Assembly: GCA_000002435.2 (NCBI GenBank)
Contig: CM018792.1
Source: Giardia intestinalis
Taxonomy: Eukaryota
Reading direction: 5' to 3' (one strand)
DNA length: 64,000 nt
In this document: in pieces, positions 50,604 through 60,505 of the stretch
Position numbering within the stretch: position 1 is the stretch's first letter
Layout: each line of letters starts with the position of its first letter
Notes under the pieces: generated by a model
What the model was told of the DNA's origin: nothing
The model's input: only the letters and a program-made list of their open reading frames with translations
Databases searched by the model: none
Position numbers and translations under genes: made by a program

Positions 50604-52067
50604 TTACTTAAGCTCTAAAGGAGTTGCATGCTCGCGCATCCTCCTCTCGTCGTGGGCCCACACACGAGCGATGGGCCTTGTCGACTTCAGGTTAACCTCT
50701 CTAAGCATGAAGTAGGTGTATGTTTCGTGCAATGCACGCGAAACGTTTGCCATGTGCTTAACCGTCAGTCCGTACTTGTTATAAAAGCCAATATTCGCGA
50801 GCTTTGAATTTTCTAAATACAGATAAGCCTTGCAAAGATCTGTCACCGCACATGCCCAGTCCATGAGGTAGCCACCAAGCCCGTAGCCTTTGAATGCGAC
50901 AGATGCTGCAATCCAACAGATGTAGAAGTGGTTCTCAAGACTGCCGCAGTGGAGGCTGTGCATTTTTTCTCCCGCTGAAAGACAACCAAGGTTTTTGGTA
51001 GAAATGCCCGCCGACGTGTATATCTTAACGAGATTTGCCGTGTTTCCCCAATATCCAGACTCTTGGCCCGGTGGATTGCCGATCATGCAGGCTGAAAAGG
51101 AATCATAGTCTACTTGATTGGGATATTGCTCTGCAACCTCAGACCTCGCCATCTGCAGCACCTGGCGGCCCTTGTTGTCACAACTCACAGTAGCAACGCA
51201 GAGACCGCGGTAGGAAGACACTGAGAACAGGTATCTAGTCAAATCGAAGAGCAGCGGAGCCAGGTGCTGGCTCTGGGGTTGAATAACTATTTTCAACGGG
51301 TCATCGAGGAACGCGCGGCTCAGCATAGTCGCCCCCATGTTGAACTCTAATGGACGGTCCACCTGGAGCATGCGGTGGAGACTTCCGAACTTGTCGAGAG
51401 TGGGGGCGATTGTGGCGCAGCGTGGATTGTTTATCAAAATGAGATCTTCTATATCCTCATATAGATTGAGGAGTAGGTTTTCGGGCCACAGGACATAGCC
51501 CGTGTGTGTAGGATGGCTGTTGATTTTAGTAAACCCTATCCCCTTGAGGTGCCGCTTGAAACTCGGACTGACAGCAAGTTCGTGGGCAAAAAGAGGAACG
51601 CCCTTCAGACAGGCCTGGAGAAGCGGTTGGTAAAGAAGGGCGTAGACCTTGCTCACTTCCATGTCTGCCTCGCTACATGCCAGGAAGGTGATGACCAGGT
51701 AGTCAGAGTACTCGACTCCTGTAACCTTTGAGATCAAGGGTACTACGTCGGATTTGAAGGGGTAGACCAGGTTGATATTGGCGTCCTTGAGCTCTCCTGT
51801 GAGCTTGACCTGAGAGCGAAGGTAAGTTGGCAGGTACAGACAGGCGCCCTCGATATGGGTGGTGTTGACACTAAGGTGAAAAGACTCGGTGGGAGGAAGA
51901 GAGTGGGAGCCCACGAGAACGGTGCGGTGGAAAGACGATTGGCAAAGCAGATAGTAGATTGACTTGGTGTAGTCCAAAACCCGCGGCCTGTTGCTTGCCA
52001 CGAGGTTATTTACCATTCTTCGGATGTTCTTCTCGTATATCTTCTCGGGTAATAGCGTTGCAAACAT
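50604..52067 (-). CDS. GNAT-fold acetyltransferase-like protein (apparently two tandem GNAT-like modules)
   Basis: The track start at 52076 is a GTG, and the first ATG is at 52067 (MFATLLPEK...). The C-terminal module has motif A-like HFYICWIAASVAFKGYGLGGYLMDWA and motif B-like NIGFYNKYGL. An earlier segment, HELAVSPSFKRHLKGIGFTKI, also resembles motif A. Which acetyltransferase subfamily it belongs to is unresolved. Confidence 0.5.
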   Translation of the reverse strand: MFATLLPEKIYEKNIRRMVNNLVASNRPRVLDYTKSIYYLLCQSSFHRTVLVGSHSLPPTESFHLSVNTTHIEGACLYLPTYLRSQVKLTGELKDANINLVYPFKSDVVPLISKVTGVEYSDYLVITFLACSEADMEVSKVYALLYQPLLQACLKGVPLFAHELAVSPSFKRHLKGIGFTKINSHPTHTGYVLWPENLLLNLYEDIEDLILINNPRCATIAPTLDKFGSLHRMLQVDRPLEFNMGATMLSRAFLDDPLKIVIQPQSQHLAPLLFDLTRYLFSVSSYRGLCVATVSCDNKGRQVLQMARSEVAEQYPNQVDYDSFSACMIGNPPGQESGYWGNTANLVKIYTSAGISTKNLGCLSAGEKMHSLHCGSLENHFYICWIAASVAFKGYGLGGYLMDWACAVTDLCKAYLYLENSKLANIGFYNKYGLTVKHMANVSRALHETYTYFMLREVNLKSTRPIARVWAHDERRMREHATPLELK

Positions 52068-52224
52068 GGTTACCACGGACTGTTAAAAAGCGGTTTGTAT
52101 ATTTCACTGGATATGGCATATCGGAAATTGCGCCACATTCAGCTAAAAGTGTCTCAAAAAATCCGCAGTCAAGTGCTTTCTTGCATTTTTATTCATCTGG
52201 AACGGCGAGCAACGAAAAAACAGG

Positions 52225-53643
52225 ATGGCCGGGAAGAAGGAGAAGTACTCTGTAAAGGCAATCATTGGGATCGTCGGCATGCTTGTTTTCGGCACGGGCA
52301 CGATGGTCAGCTCGAAGCTCATGCTCGATACAAGCGCTTGCCCCATTTACTATGAGTGGGAATACGGCAAGGACTACGAGCCCTGGGCCCACGGGGAGTG
52401 CCCTCCAGAGGTTGTCAAGAAATTCGAGAAGCCCTGGTTCCAGACTGCGTGCATGTTCATGGCCATGCTTGTCTGTATTATTGCGCATGGGATCATCGAG
52501 GCAGTGTCCCACACGAAGGCAAAGAAGAAGGCCGCTAGCCTGGCCGTGAAGAGTGCTGTCAGTGAGGGCAATGACACCGAGACGCACAGCGTTACGCAGC
52601 CGGCAGAAGCCGCGGCCAAGTCCAAGTTCAGAACCTGGCAGTATTGGAAGCCCTACGTTCTCATTGCAGTCCCTTCGATCTTCGATATGGTCGCCACCTC
52701 TGTCATGACCATGGGGCTGGTCTACATCGATGTTTCTGTCATGCAGATGCTTCGAGGGACGATGGTCGTCTTCGCTACGATCATGAACATCCTCTTTCTT
52801 CGTAGAAGAGTCCGACTCTACCAGTGGATTGCCATCATTGGGACTGTCTCCGCGTGCGCACTTGTCGGAGCCTCCTGCATCCTCGGCTCCATGGGGTCAA
52901 CCACCGCGAAGCCGTGGAACCTACAGATCTTCGGGTGCTTCCTTGTCGTTATTTCGCAGCTCATTCAGTCTGGTCAGATAGTCGCTGAAGACTTCCTCCT
53001 CAGCGACGTTGACGCAGCCCCGCTCCAAGTTGTTGGGATGGAGGGCTTCTGGGGTCTGCTCATCACGGTCTTCATCGTTTCTCCCTTGCTCATGTGGGGT
53101 GTTTCTGGCCCTGATCACGGAGCTAACGAGGATTTTGTTGACACCTTCTACATGGTTGCCGACAATCCGCTCATCCTTGTGTTTGTCTTAATTTATTTTG
53201 TGTCTATCTTGTTCCTCAACTGGGCAGGGATGACAGTCACCGCAGAGACGTCTTCAGTTGTCCGCACTATCTTTGAAGCCATCAGAACGGCTGCCATCTG
53301 GGTCACCGACCTCCTGATTTACTACCTCTTTGCCCCGAACTCTGTCTACGGAGAGTCCTGGACGACGTATAGCTGGATGCAACTGGCTGGTTTCCTCCTC
53401 TTGATCTACTCCTCTCAGGTGTATAACGGCTATTGTAAGTATCCCAAGATTTTCCGTTACAAGTTCGACGACGATGGAAGATGCAAGGGTGTTTTCGCTT
53501 GCTGTCCGAAGATCTTAGCAAAGAGCGACGAAAAGTTTGCTGCTGAGCAGAAGAAGGAGCAGGAGAAGGCCGCAGTCCTGGCTGCGCCCACCAAGCAGAC
53601 TCACCCAGAGCCTGATCTGGACGGGAGCACAGACAGTGTGTAA
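52225..53643 (+). CDS. SLC35F6-like transporter (drug/metabolite transporter superfamily, ~10 TM)
   Basis: 472 aa, with an ATG at 52225 after GAAAAAACAGG. LIAVPSIFDMVATSVMTMGLVYIDVSVMQMLRGTMVVFATIMNILFLRRRVRLYQWIAIIGTVSACALVG aligns with human SLC35F6 (LFLPPALCDMTGTSLMYVALNMTSASSFQMLRGAVIIFTGLFSVAFLGRRLVLSQWLGILATIAGLVVVG), and the later helices and a Lys/Glu-rich C-tail are consistent with it. Confidence 0.78.
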   Translation: MAGKKEKYSVKAIIGIVGMLVFGTGTMVSSKLMLDTSACPIYYEWEYGKDYEPWAHGECPPEVVKKFEKPWFQTACMFMAMLVCIIAHGIIEAVSHTKAKKKAASLAVKSAVSEGNDTETHSVTQPAEAAAKSKFRTWQYWKPYVLIAVPSIFDMVATSVMTMGLVYIDVSVMQMLRGTMVVFATIMNILFLRRRVRLYQWIAIIGTVSACALVGASCILGSMGSTTAKPWNLQIFGCFLVVISQLIQSGQIVAEDFLLSDVDAAPLQVVGMEGFWGLLITVFIVSPLLMWGVSGPDHGANEDFVDTFYMVADNPLILVFVLIYFVSILFLNWAGMTVTAETSSVVRTIFEAIRTAAIWVTDLLIYYLFAPNSVYGESWTTYSWMQLAGFLLLIYSSQVYNGYCKYPKIFRYKFDDDGRCKGVFACCPKILAKSDEKFAAEQKKEQEKAAVLAAPTKQTHPEPDLDGSTDSV

Positions 53644-53663
53644 ATCTGCTATTCTATAATTTA

Positions 53664-56600
53664 CTAGGGCGCACGCATGTACTTTTGTATTGCAGCGGTG
53701 ATCTCTGCACGCTGGCTCTCAGAATGTATCTTGCTGTTCTGCAGAACCTTCAGCGCAGCCTCTCCATATGTCTGCGCCTCATAGGCCGCTAATGCACTAA
53801 CGCACTTGGCATTTCCGCTGGCCACGGCAAACGATAGGCCCGTCCACGGCTCTCCTGTCACGGGGCAATGTCTAACAACCACTCCTGTTTCTTTCTCGGC
53901 CAAAAGAGCAGCACACTCCTGGAAGCCACGCTCGCATGCAATCATCAGCGCGGTGAAGCCATTGGAATCAATCATGCTGTGCTCGTATGGGATGAGCTCC
54001 CGTACAACCGCCACTTGGTTTTCCCTTGTTGCAATCATCAAAGCCGTTGTCCCAAATCTCGTTTGCATCCGCCCCTCACAGGAAAGAAGGAATCGCACCA
54101 CCTGCAAATGGCCACAAAAGGCGGCCGCCATAAGCGCTGTCTTCCCGATATTGTCCTTCAGCTTCTTCTCTAGATTGACAAGGAGCTTCACGCAGTCAAT
54201 ACTTCCGTTCATTGCTGCGATCATCATAGCGGTTGCTGGGGCCATCTTCCAGTAGCTTATTTCGTAAGAAGTGCAGACTTGACCGTATTCCTGCTCCATG
54301 AGTAGAGATGCAATGGCAGCGTTGTTTCTTTCGCAAGCGATCATTAGAGCCGTTTGCTTTAATCTGTTGACGAGTCCTGCCTGCGAAGTGGCGAGCTCTG
54401 CAGCTCGTTCGTTGTTTCCGTCGATGATTGCCTGCATTAGCTCGCTATTCTTGTTGATATTCCTTGCCGATTTACGCCTTTCTTCGGGACCTGAAATTTT
54501 CTGCACAGTAGTAGCACTGGGTAAAACAGAGGAAGACGACCCTTCTTGATGATGCACACCTGTGCTCGGATGATTACTGACTGTGCGCAAGTGATGCTGC
54601 TCAATAGACGCGAATGCATTTGCCGAATTAGGGGTCGATTCCACAAGTGTGCTGTATTGGCTACTGGGCAGCTCTTTTTGAGAGTCAGTAGGCCGCAAGT
54701 GTACAGCGTGAGGAGTACCTTCTGCATCAGGTTGCCCAATCGGCGAACCGGGAGAATTAATAGTGAGGTTACTTATATTTTCAGGCAGTAAGCTTGCGTT
54801 GGCACTGGGTGCATTACTAGAGTGGTTGCTAGGTCCTGGAATAGATACCACAGACGGCTTATTCGAGGAGAGTGATGTCGAATACTGCCGAGTGACAGTG
54901 TCGGCCAACACGTGTCTTTGTTTCGCGACGTCAGGCAGCGTGGGCTCGAGCCTATGTTGCATCCCATAAAGGCTGCGACGAGTTGGCATTGGGGCTGGGA
55001 CAGGACATTCTGACGAATCCTGAACATTTTGAATGGACACAACATTGTAATTATTTGCTGATCCGCGCGTAGTAGCGTGCCCACTGTTGTGGCGACTACT
55101 TGCTCCACTTGTACTATTACGTGCGCTAGATGCCTTCGAAGATTTATCGTTAGATTTAGATGTAAAGGAAATAGACTGATAGCTATTCTCTGAGGCTGTC
55201 ATATCAGATTCATAGAGTGCCATATTATCTTTATCAGGAAGCTTCTGCACGACTTGAGCACGAGAATGAGTATCTCTCCTGACATCCTCACGAAAATCGG
55301 CGTCAGGAGCAGGGGGAACATAGTCGTCTTGGTCGCTTTGCTCTTCCTCTAAAGCATTCTGTTCGTCACAACGTCTAGCCACATCCCACGAAGCAGCTTC
55401 TTGATTGAATAGCTCTTGAAGCATGCTCACGATATCTGTGTAGCCTCTGTTCGCAGCTATCGTTAGTGGTGTCATCCCATTGATATTTGAAGAATAGTAC
55501 TGATCCTTGAAACAATATGCTGCAACAATGTCCCCTTGATCACAGGCTTGCATAAGCTCCGTGTACTTCTCTGAGTCTGCTTGCACAGCCTCTCGAGTGT
55601 CTGGAGAACCGCAATATTGCATTATGGATACCCCTTCCTTCGGGATTAGAATCTCTGCAATAGCATAATTGTGGCATCTGATGGCTACTTCAATGGCCAT
55701 CAGTCCGTTTGCGTTGACAAACCCGCCTTCAAAGGCAACAAGGACCTGGGCGACCGCAGGGTTGTCCATAACCTCCGCTACCTGCATCAAGCACGTGTAA
55801 TCGTCATTATCTGTGATGTTGCACTCGTGAGGGAGAATCACGTTTGCGGCCTCCATGCTGTTCTTTTCGACGGCTAGCATGAGGGCTGTCCGGCCGTCCT
55901 TAGTCTTTATGCCAGCCTCTTTACTTACCAGGACGAACGCGGCCTCTGCCTGGTTGTGCACAGCTGCAATATGCAGGGCGGTGTAGCCACCCTCGTCCAG
56001 CAAAGTGCCCTCAGTATCCAGTAGCATCGCTGCGCTCTGAGGCTGGTTACACCGTGCAGCTAACATGAGCGCGGTCCGTCCTCCCAGTGAACGCATACCA
56101 GCTTCCTCAGCAATGAGTTTCTGGATGATATCAAGATTGCTTACTCTTGACGCTATCATGAGAGCAGTGATTCCAACAGTGTCGCTGTATCTGGATTCAT
56201 AAGGAATAAGCGCGTTTGCGGCAGCGGTGAACCCCTCTTCGATTGCGTACATAAGAGCGGTTTTTCCGACAATGTTCTGAAGTCCAGCCTGTTCTGGGAT
56301 AAGGGATAGAACCGCCTCTATGTCATTGGCCAAAACAGCATTCATGAGCTCGCTATTGGAGCGTAGGATTTCGTCGTCAGTGTATGACTGGAATAAGTCA
56401 TCATTAGCGTCATCTAAAGAGCGCTCTACATTATTTAGAACACCTACTCCAGTGTAAGTCTCAGATTGAGGGGTTTCAAAACGAAATGAATCGCTTACCA
56501 GAGGGTAAGATTGCTCCATTGCTGATGAATTATCATAAGAGTTGCCTGGCATGCCTCTTGCATCAGTGATACTGGCGTGCTTTTGATGACCAGTATCGGG

Positions 56601-58100
56601 AGGAGGTATGCTAGAAAGTAAAACACTATCTACTTGTGTGTCTACAAATGCAGAAAAAGCGCTATCGCCGACCTGTGGGAGACTAGGGTTGTCCATAATC
56701 TCTTGTTGTGCCAAGTATACATGCGTGTCAGCGAAGTTCTGACTGTCAAGGTGGTGGTCTCCTGTACCGACGGTTGGCGAGAGCATGTATCTTTGGTTAT
56801 GAACAACTGTATTGGGAAGCATAGTTCCCTGGAGGACTCCTGCATTGAATCCATCGCTGTCTCCAAAATTGGAAAAATTAGCATTATAGTCGTCTGTGCC
56901 TGTGCCTGGTTCGTTAACTCGTAGATTGATAGAATCATCGGGGATGTTCCTGGGGACCTTCTCAAAGTCTTGCGAGTATAGTGTCTCCTCATCAATCCGT
57001 TGAAGCACAGGAGGCTCGCGTGGACGAGAAATTGTTCGGCGATCTGCTGGGGTAGCCGATCGAGAAATCGGAAGCGATTTCATCACTTGGAGCTGGCGGC
57101 GAAGGCATTCTATTTCCTCGCTATTGTGCTGGAGCTTTCTAAAGAGTAGTTCTATGACATTTTCCCTCATTACCTCAGGGCCTGAGGGGACGGAATGCTT
57201 TCCATAGTCGTCCCTGTCGTAATGTGAGGGCCTCACTGAAGTGAAGCTTGCATTGTAGGCCGCATATACAGGCTCAGTCGCAGTATCTAGTGGCGGATGA
57301 GGGTTGACTCGTACACTTGCTGAGACAGATCTGGGGAGCAAACCAGTTAAGCAACTGGCCCGGCTTGCTGAGGCTTTAATGTTGGCCGATGAGACAGTAG
57401 GATCCACCCCTGGGGTGTGTGCCGATGAGGAGCTGGCACCAATAAACTCCGGGATATACTCCGAGATGACGTTGGGAGGAGAAGCATCTGCCCGTCTTCC
57501 AACAGAACTGCCTTTTGATAACCTTGCCCTCTCAGGCTTTGGCTTGGATGATCGGTCGCGAAGCTCAATAAGACGCTCTGCCAGCAAGTCGTTATGCAAG
57601 CTCCGAGATATCATAATCGCCTGATTCAAACAGTTCTCCTTCACTTGGGGAAGCCCAACCAGATAATTGACTATCGCACTATGACCGGACTGGATGGCGT
57701 AGTCCAGCGCTGACCGATTAAACGCGTCTCTGTGTGCTGGGTTATTGTCCTTGAGAATATGGACGCACTTTAGATGACCGGCCTGTGCAGCGAGGATGAG
57801 CGGGGTCCTTTTGTTCTGCAAACTTAATTTCGCTTCGCGAGCGTAAAGAAGCTCACAAGCTGCGGCATTTCCCATTGTGGCAGCAATAGACAGTGCTGTA
57901 GAGCCATCCCGCGAAATGACCCCGGCCTCGTGGTCCAGAAGAAGCTGAACGAGATGCTTGTCAAAGAGGCGTACAGATTGCATTAGCGCCGTTTCCCCGA
58001 GGTCATTGTAGCTTCTGGCATTATTTTGGAGAAGAAAGCGCACCATCTTAGTGTCTCCCTTCTCTACGGCGTCAAACCACGCCTTGCTACTCGTCATCAT
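53664..58100 (-). CDS. Ankyrin-repeat protein of the Giardia 'Protein 21.1' type (1478 aa)
   Basis: An ATG pair (MM) at 58100 was verified. Three blocks of ~33-aa ankyrin repeats are recognisable by recurring G.TALM.AA....(L/V)..LL motifs. They lie at the N-terminus (res ~20-180), in the middle (res ~590-860) and at the C-terminus (res ~1190-1470). Low-complexity Ser/Pro/Asn-rich linkers separate them. Confidence 0.85.
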   Translation of the reverse strand: MMTSSKAWFDAVEKGDTKMVRFLLQNNARSYNDLGETALMQSVRLFDKHLVQLLLDHEAGVISRDGSTALSIAATMGNAAACELLYAREAKLSLQNKRTPLILAAQAGHLKCVHILKDNNPAHRDAFNRSALDYAIQSGHSAIVNYLVGLPQVKENCLNQAIMISRSLHNDLLAERLIELRDRSSKPKPERARLSKGSSVGRRADASPPNVISEYIPEFIGASSSSAHTPGVDPTVSSANIKASASRASCLTGLLPRSVSASVRVNPHPPLDTATEPVYAAYNASFTSVRPSHYDRDDYGKHSVPSGPEVMRENVIELLFRKLQHNSEEIECLRRQLQVMKSLPISRSATPADRRTISRPREPPVLQRIDEETLYSQDFEKVPRNIPDDSINLRVNEPGTGTDDYNANFSNFGDSDGFNAGVLQGTMLPNTVVHNQRYMLSPTVGTGDHHLDSQNFADTHVYLAQQEIMDNPSLPQVGDSAFSAFVDTQVDSVLLSSIPPPDTGHQKHASITDARGMPGNSYDNSSAMEQSYPLVSDSFRFETPQSETYTGVGVLNNVERSLDDANDDLFQSYTDDEILRSNSELMNAVLANDIEAVLSLIPEQAGLQNIVGKTALMYAIEEGFTAAANALIPYESRYSDTVGITALMIASRVSNLDIIQKLIAEEAGMRSLGGRTALMLAARCNQPQSAAMLLDTEGTLLDEGGYTALHIAAVHNQAEAAFVLVSKEAGIKTKDGRTALMLAVEKNSMEAANVILPHECNITDNDDYTCLMQVAEVMDNPAVAQVLVAFEGGFVNANGLMAIEVAIRCHNYAIAEILIPKEGVSIMQYCGSPDTREAVQADSEKYTELMQACDQGDIVAAYCFKDQYYSSNINGMTPLTIAANRGYTDIVSMLQELFNQEAASWDVARRCDEQNALEEEQSDQDDYVPPAPDADFREDVRRDTHSRAQVVQKLPDKDNMALYESDMTASENSYQSISFTSKSNDKSSKASSARNSTSGASSRHNSGHATTRGSANNYNVVSIQNVQDSSECPVPAPMPTRRSLYGMQHRLEPTLPDVAKQRHVLADTVTRQYSTSLSSNKPSVVSIPGPSNHSSNAPSANASLLPENISNLTINSPGSPIGQPDAEGTPHAVHLRPTDSQKELPSSQYSTLVESTPNSANAFASIEQHHLRTVSNHPSTGVHHQEGSSSSVLPSATTVQKISGPEERRKSARNINKNSELMQAIIDGNNERAAELATSQAGLVNRLKQTALMIACERNNAAIASLLMEQEYGQVCTSYEISYWKMAPATAMMIAAMNGSIDCVKLLVNLEKKLKDNIGKTALMAAAFCGHLQVVRFLLSCEGRMQTRFGTTALMIATRENQVAVVRELIPYEHSMIDSNGFTALMIACERGFQECAALLAEKETGVVVRHCPVTGEPWTGLSFAVASGNAKCVSALAAYEAQTYGEAALKVLQNSKIHSESQRAEITAAIQKYMRAP

Positions 58101-58223
58101 CAGAGATTCTAGCTCGTTTTACATAAATTTGCAACCATTAGTGTTATTACGCAATGATGACTTGAACGTAAATGAAGGTAAAAAGTGCACTTAAACTTAG
58201 CACTACAAATTCGCGACCTGGTG

Positions 58224-59666
58224 ATGAGCCTCAAGGTGAAGGTGGCTTCCGATCTTAACACCTTGCCTGAGGAGTGTGTGGTGCCGTTGAAGCCGGCAGA
58301 TGCGCCATCTACGGGAACCGTCAAACTACGGCTCAAGGCTTGCGATGCGGCCCCAGTCAGTTCTACCCCGGTGAAGATCACAATCAACGACTGCCTGATG
58401 TGCAGCGGGTGCGTGACCTCTGCTGAGGAAGTCTTTTTCCGAGAGCTGAACACCACAGCTTTGCAAAATGCAATTACTTCAGGACCAAAGGCAGGGCGTC
58501 CCATCGTTCTTTCGCTCTCCCAGTCAGCCATTCTATCCTTGTCCAGAGTCTTGCTAGACATCACGTCAGTAGAGCCTTGTACAGTGGACACCCTCTTCAA
58601 GCAACTTGAGTACGCTTTGCGAACCCGCGTTGCTGGCCTCCGGCATTGCACATATGAAGACGCACCGCCTGTCTATGTTGTTTCAGAGGCCCAGCACCAG
58701 GAGCAATCTGTACTTATGAACGTCCGCCAGATCTCATTTCTCATGCAATCTTCCGAGCCGCGTTCAAACATTGCTATCATCACCCACTGTCCAGCTGTGC
58801 GACTCTTTATTACGAAGAGGAACAGAGAGCTGATCTCATACATTGTCTCAACAGCCTCCCCAATGGAGCTCTTTGGTGCCAGCTACTGTGGTATAGACGC
58901 ATCGCCACTTCTGGTCTCAATCCAACCGTGTCAAGACAGGAAGCTGGAGCAGTTTCGGGGCGCTGCGGTGGACGTCTGCCTGACCGCTCAGGAGGTGCAT
59001 AGCTTCCTTGCAGGGACCCCTCAGGGCTCATCACCCCCTGCTTTCTGTTCTTCCTACACACCCTCTCCCACATCCTTCTGGCAGTATGCACTAGGCCCCC
59101 TTCTAGTTCTGTACCTTCGGGCCAAAGAATGGATATCAGATGAAGGTCTGTCGCGTCTTTTGGTACAACGCGCCGATGGAGTTGACCTTCACTGGACTAA
59201 GATTGGTAACGAGCTTTTTTCTTGTACAATTGAGCTTTCACAAAATCAATCTCCCTACTCTTGCGTCATAATATACAAGTCCACCGGATATCACAATCTG
59301 CAGAACCTCGTCCGGCGAATTCACGCTCTGTGCCCCAACAAGAGCGCCCTTTATATACTTGATCTCCATGCTTGTCCCTACGGGTGCTATGGCGGGGCCT
59401 GCATTGCAGGGGATGACAGACACCCGGTCAGCTCTGTCGCATCTGCGTCTCATGCAGCAACGATGAGCGCCGATAAGGCTGTGCTCTCCCACATCCTTGC
59501 AGCGGACACTTGCGCAGGTTTGCTTGAAGGACTGGTGCAGGCTGTGGACAGAATCACCCTCCAGGAGACTGTCATCAGAACGGATGGCGAGGTCGTCAGT
59601 CCCGAGGAGATCGCAGCGCGCAAAGGCATCCAGAGCGGCGTCCGGATCCAGGACCTTGCATGGTGA
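58224..59666 (+). CDS. NAR1: Nar1/NARFL-like protein ([FeFe]-hydrogenase-like cytosolic Fe-S assembly factor), divergent
   Basis: The track start at 58185 is a GTG, and the first ATG is at 58224. The N-terminus ASDLNTLPEECVVPLKP...VKITINDCLMCSGCVTSAEEVF matches the NARFL N-terminal cluster motif ([20 protein letters not shown]...VSLNDCLACSGCITSAETV). The C-terminal GYHNLQNLVRRI...LDLHACPYGCYGGA matches GFRNIQNVV...VMACPSGCLNGGG. The middle H-cluster-like motifs are degenerate (ITHCPAV in place of TSCCP/SACPGW, and no MPC..K). Confidence 0.72.
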   Translation: MSLKVKVASDLNTLPEECVVPLKPADAPSTGTVKLRLKACDAAPVSSTPVKITINDCLMCSGCVTSAEEVFFRELNTTALQNAITSGPKAGRPIVLSLSQSAILSLSRVLLDITSVEPCTVDTLFKQLEYALRTRVAGLRHCTYEDAPPVYVVSEAQHQEQSVLMNVRQISFLMQSSEPRSNIAIITHCPAVRLFITKRNRELISYIVSTASPMELFGASYCGIDASPLLVSIQPCQDRKLEQFRGAAVDVCLTAQEVHSFLAGTPQGSSPPAFCSSYTPSPTSFWQYALGPLLVLYLRAKEWISDEGLSRLLVQRADGVDLHWTKIGNELFSCTIELSQNQSPYSCVIIYKSTGYHNLQNLVRRIHALCPNKSALYILDLHACPYGCYGGACIAGDDRHPVSSVASASHAATMSADKAVLSHILAADTCAGLLEGLVQAVDRITLQETVIRTDGEVVSPEEIAARKGIQSGVRIQDLAW

Positions 59667-59695
59667 GTAAAGAAGCTTATTTACACAGACCGAAG

Positions 59696-60505
59696 TTAGT
59701 CAGACTTCCTGCAGCAGCCGCCGGAAGTTATGCATGTGCACAGGAAGAACATAAGTACATAATCTGCGGCGACAAACGCCGCGACAATGAGGGCGGGGTA
59801 TAACCGCTCCTTGATACCAGTAGGGGTAGTACCATTGGTAGTGCCGGTATTAAGATTTGGAACCTTCTTGGGATCAACGAGCACCACAGCACAGTATACA
59901 CCAGCTGCGACAGCCAGCCCGATGACCATGCAAACTATTTTCAAGCACGTCGAGTTGTTACGGGTCATGACAGGCCCTATGAGGCACGTTATCAGCCACG
60001 CGGCGGCCAGGGAAACGCCCACGTACCCAGAGTAGGTACCGGCAATATTAAGTGCGTTCTTAGCTAGGTTATTATTACTTATAGCACCAATCTTCAAGAG
60101 CAACACCGAACCGATGTAACAAACCCCATCGAGGAGGGCCGGAAGTGCTAGGCCGAGCATGATATTCTCAAGAATGGCAAGACAGGAGCTTCCGTGGCAG
60201 CAGCAGCAGTTCAGGATAATAAAGACGATGGCGAGAACGAGGAAGACACAACCGAAAGTGACCATCACGATGAACAGGATGTTGATCAAAAGGGGGTTCT
60301 TGACACTGTTAGTACCACCACTGCCACCATTGCCATTGCCCTTCACACAATCGATAAAACCCTTGGGATTCTTGGCTACGCACTCAACCATATTTTTAAC
60401 AGTATCAGCACTCCTGGGAAGAAAACCGAACACCGCACCATATGCGATTGCGGCCAGACCCATCGTGAAGATGAGACGGGCCACGTCGTGACAACAAGCA
60501 GACAT
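59696..60505 (-). CDS. multi-pass membrane protein with juxtamembrane poly-Cys clusters (hypothetical)
   Basis: 269 aa, with an ATG at 60505 preceded on the minus strand by AAAAAAAATTTCGCA. There are 5-6 hydrophobic helices. Cys clusters (NCCCCHGSSC and the C-terminal SGGCCRKSD) are candidate palmitoylation sites. A Gly/Asn-rich loop, GNGNGGSGGTNS, is also present. Confidence 0.5.
   Translation of the reverse strand: MSACCHDVARLIFTMGLAAIAYGAVFGFLPRSADTVKNMVECVAKNPKGFIDCVKGNGNGGSGGTNSVKNPLLINILFIVMVTFGCVFLVLAIVFIILNCCCCHGSSCLAILENIMLGLALPALLDGVCYIGSVLLLKIGAISNNNLAKNALNIAGTYSGYVGVSLAAAWLITCLIGPVMTRNNSTCLKIVCMVIGLAVAAGVYCAVVLVDPKKVPNLNTGTTNGTTPTGIKERLYPALIVAAFVAADYVLMFFLCTCITSGGCCRKSD

Noticed and set aside
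12364-60505. The ORF-track start coordinates themselves
   Set aside because: Manual checks showed that the track treats GTG and TTG as start codons and translates them as M. Examples are 13988 GTG, 22811 TTG, 25417 TTG, 28625 GTG, 40930 TTG, 43083 GTG, 43202 GTG, 52076 GTG and 58185 GTG. For a eukaryotic genome these are not credible starts, so the gene starts were moved to the first in-frame ATG.
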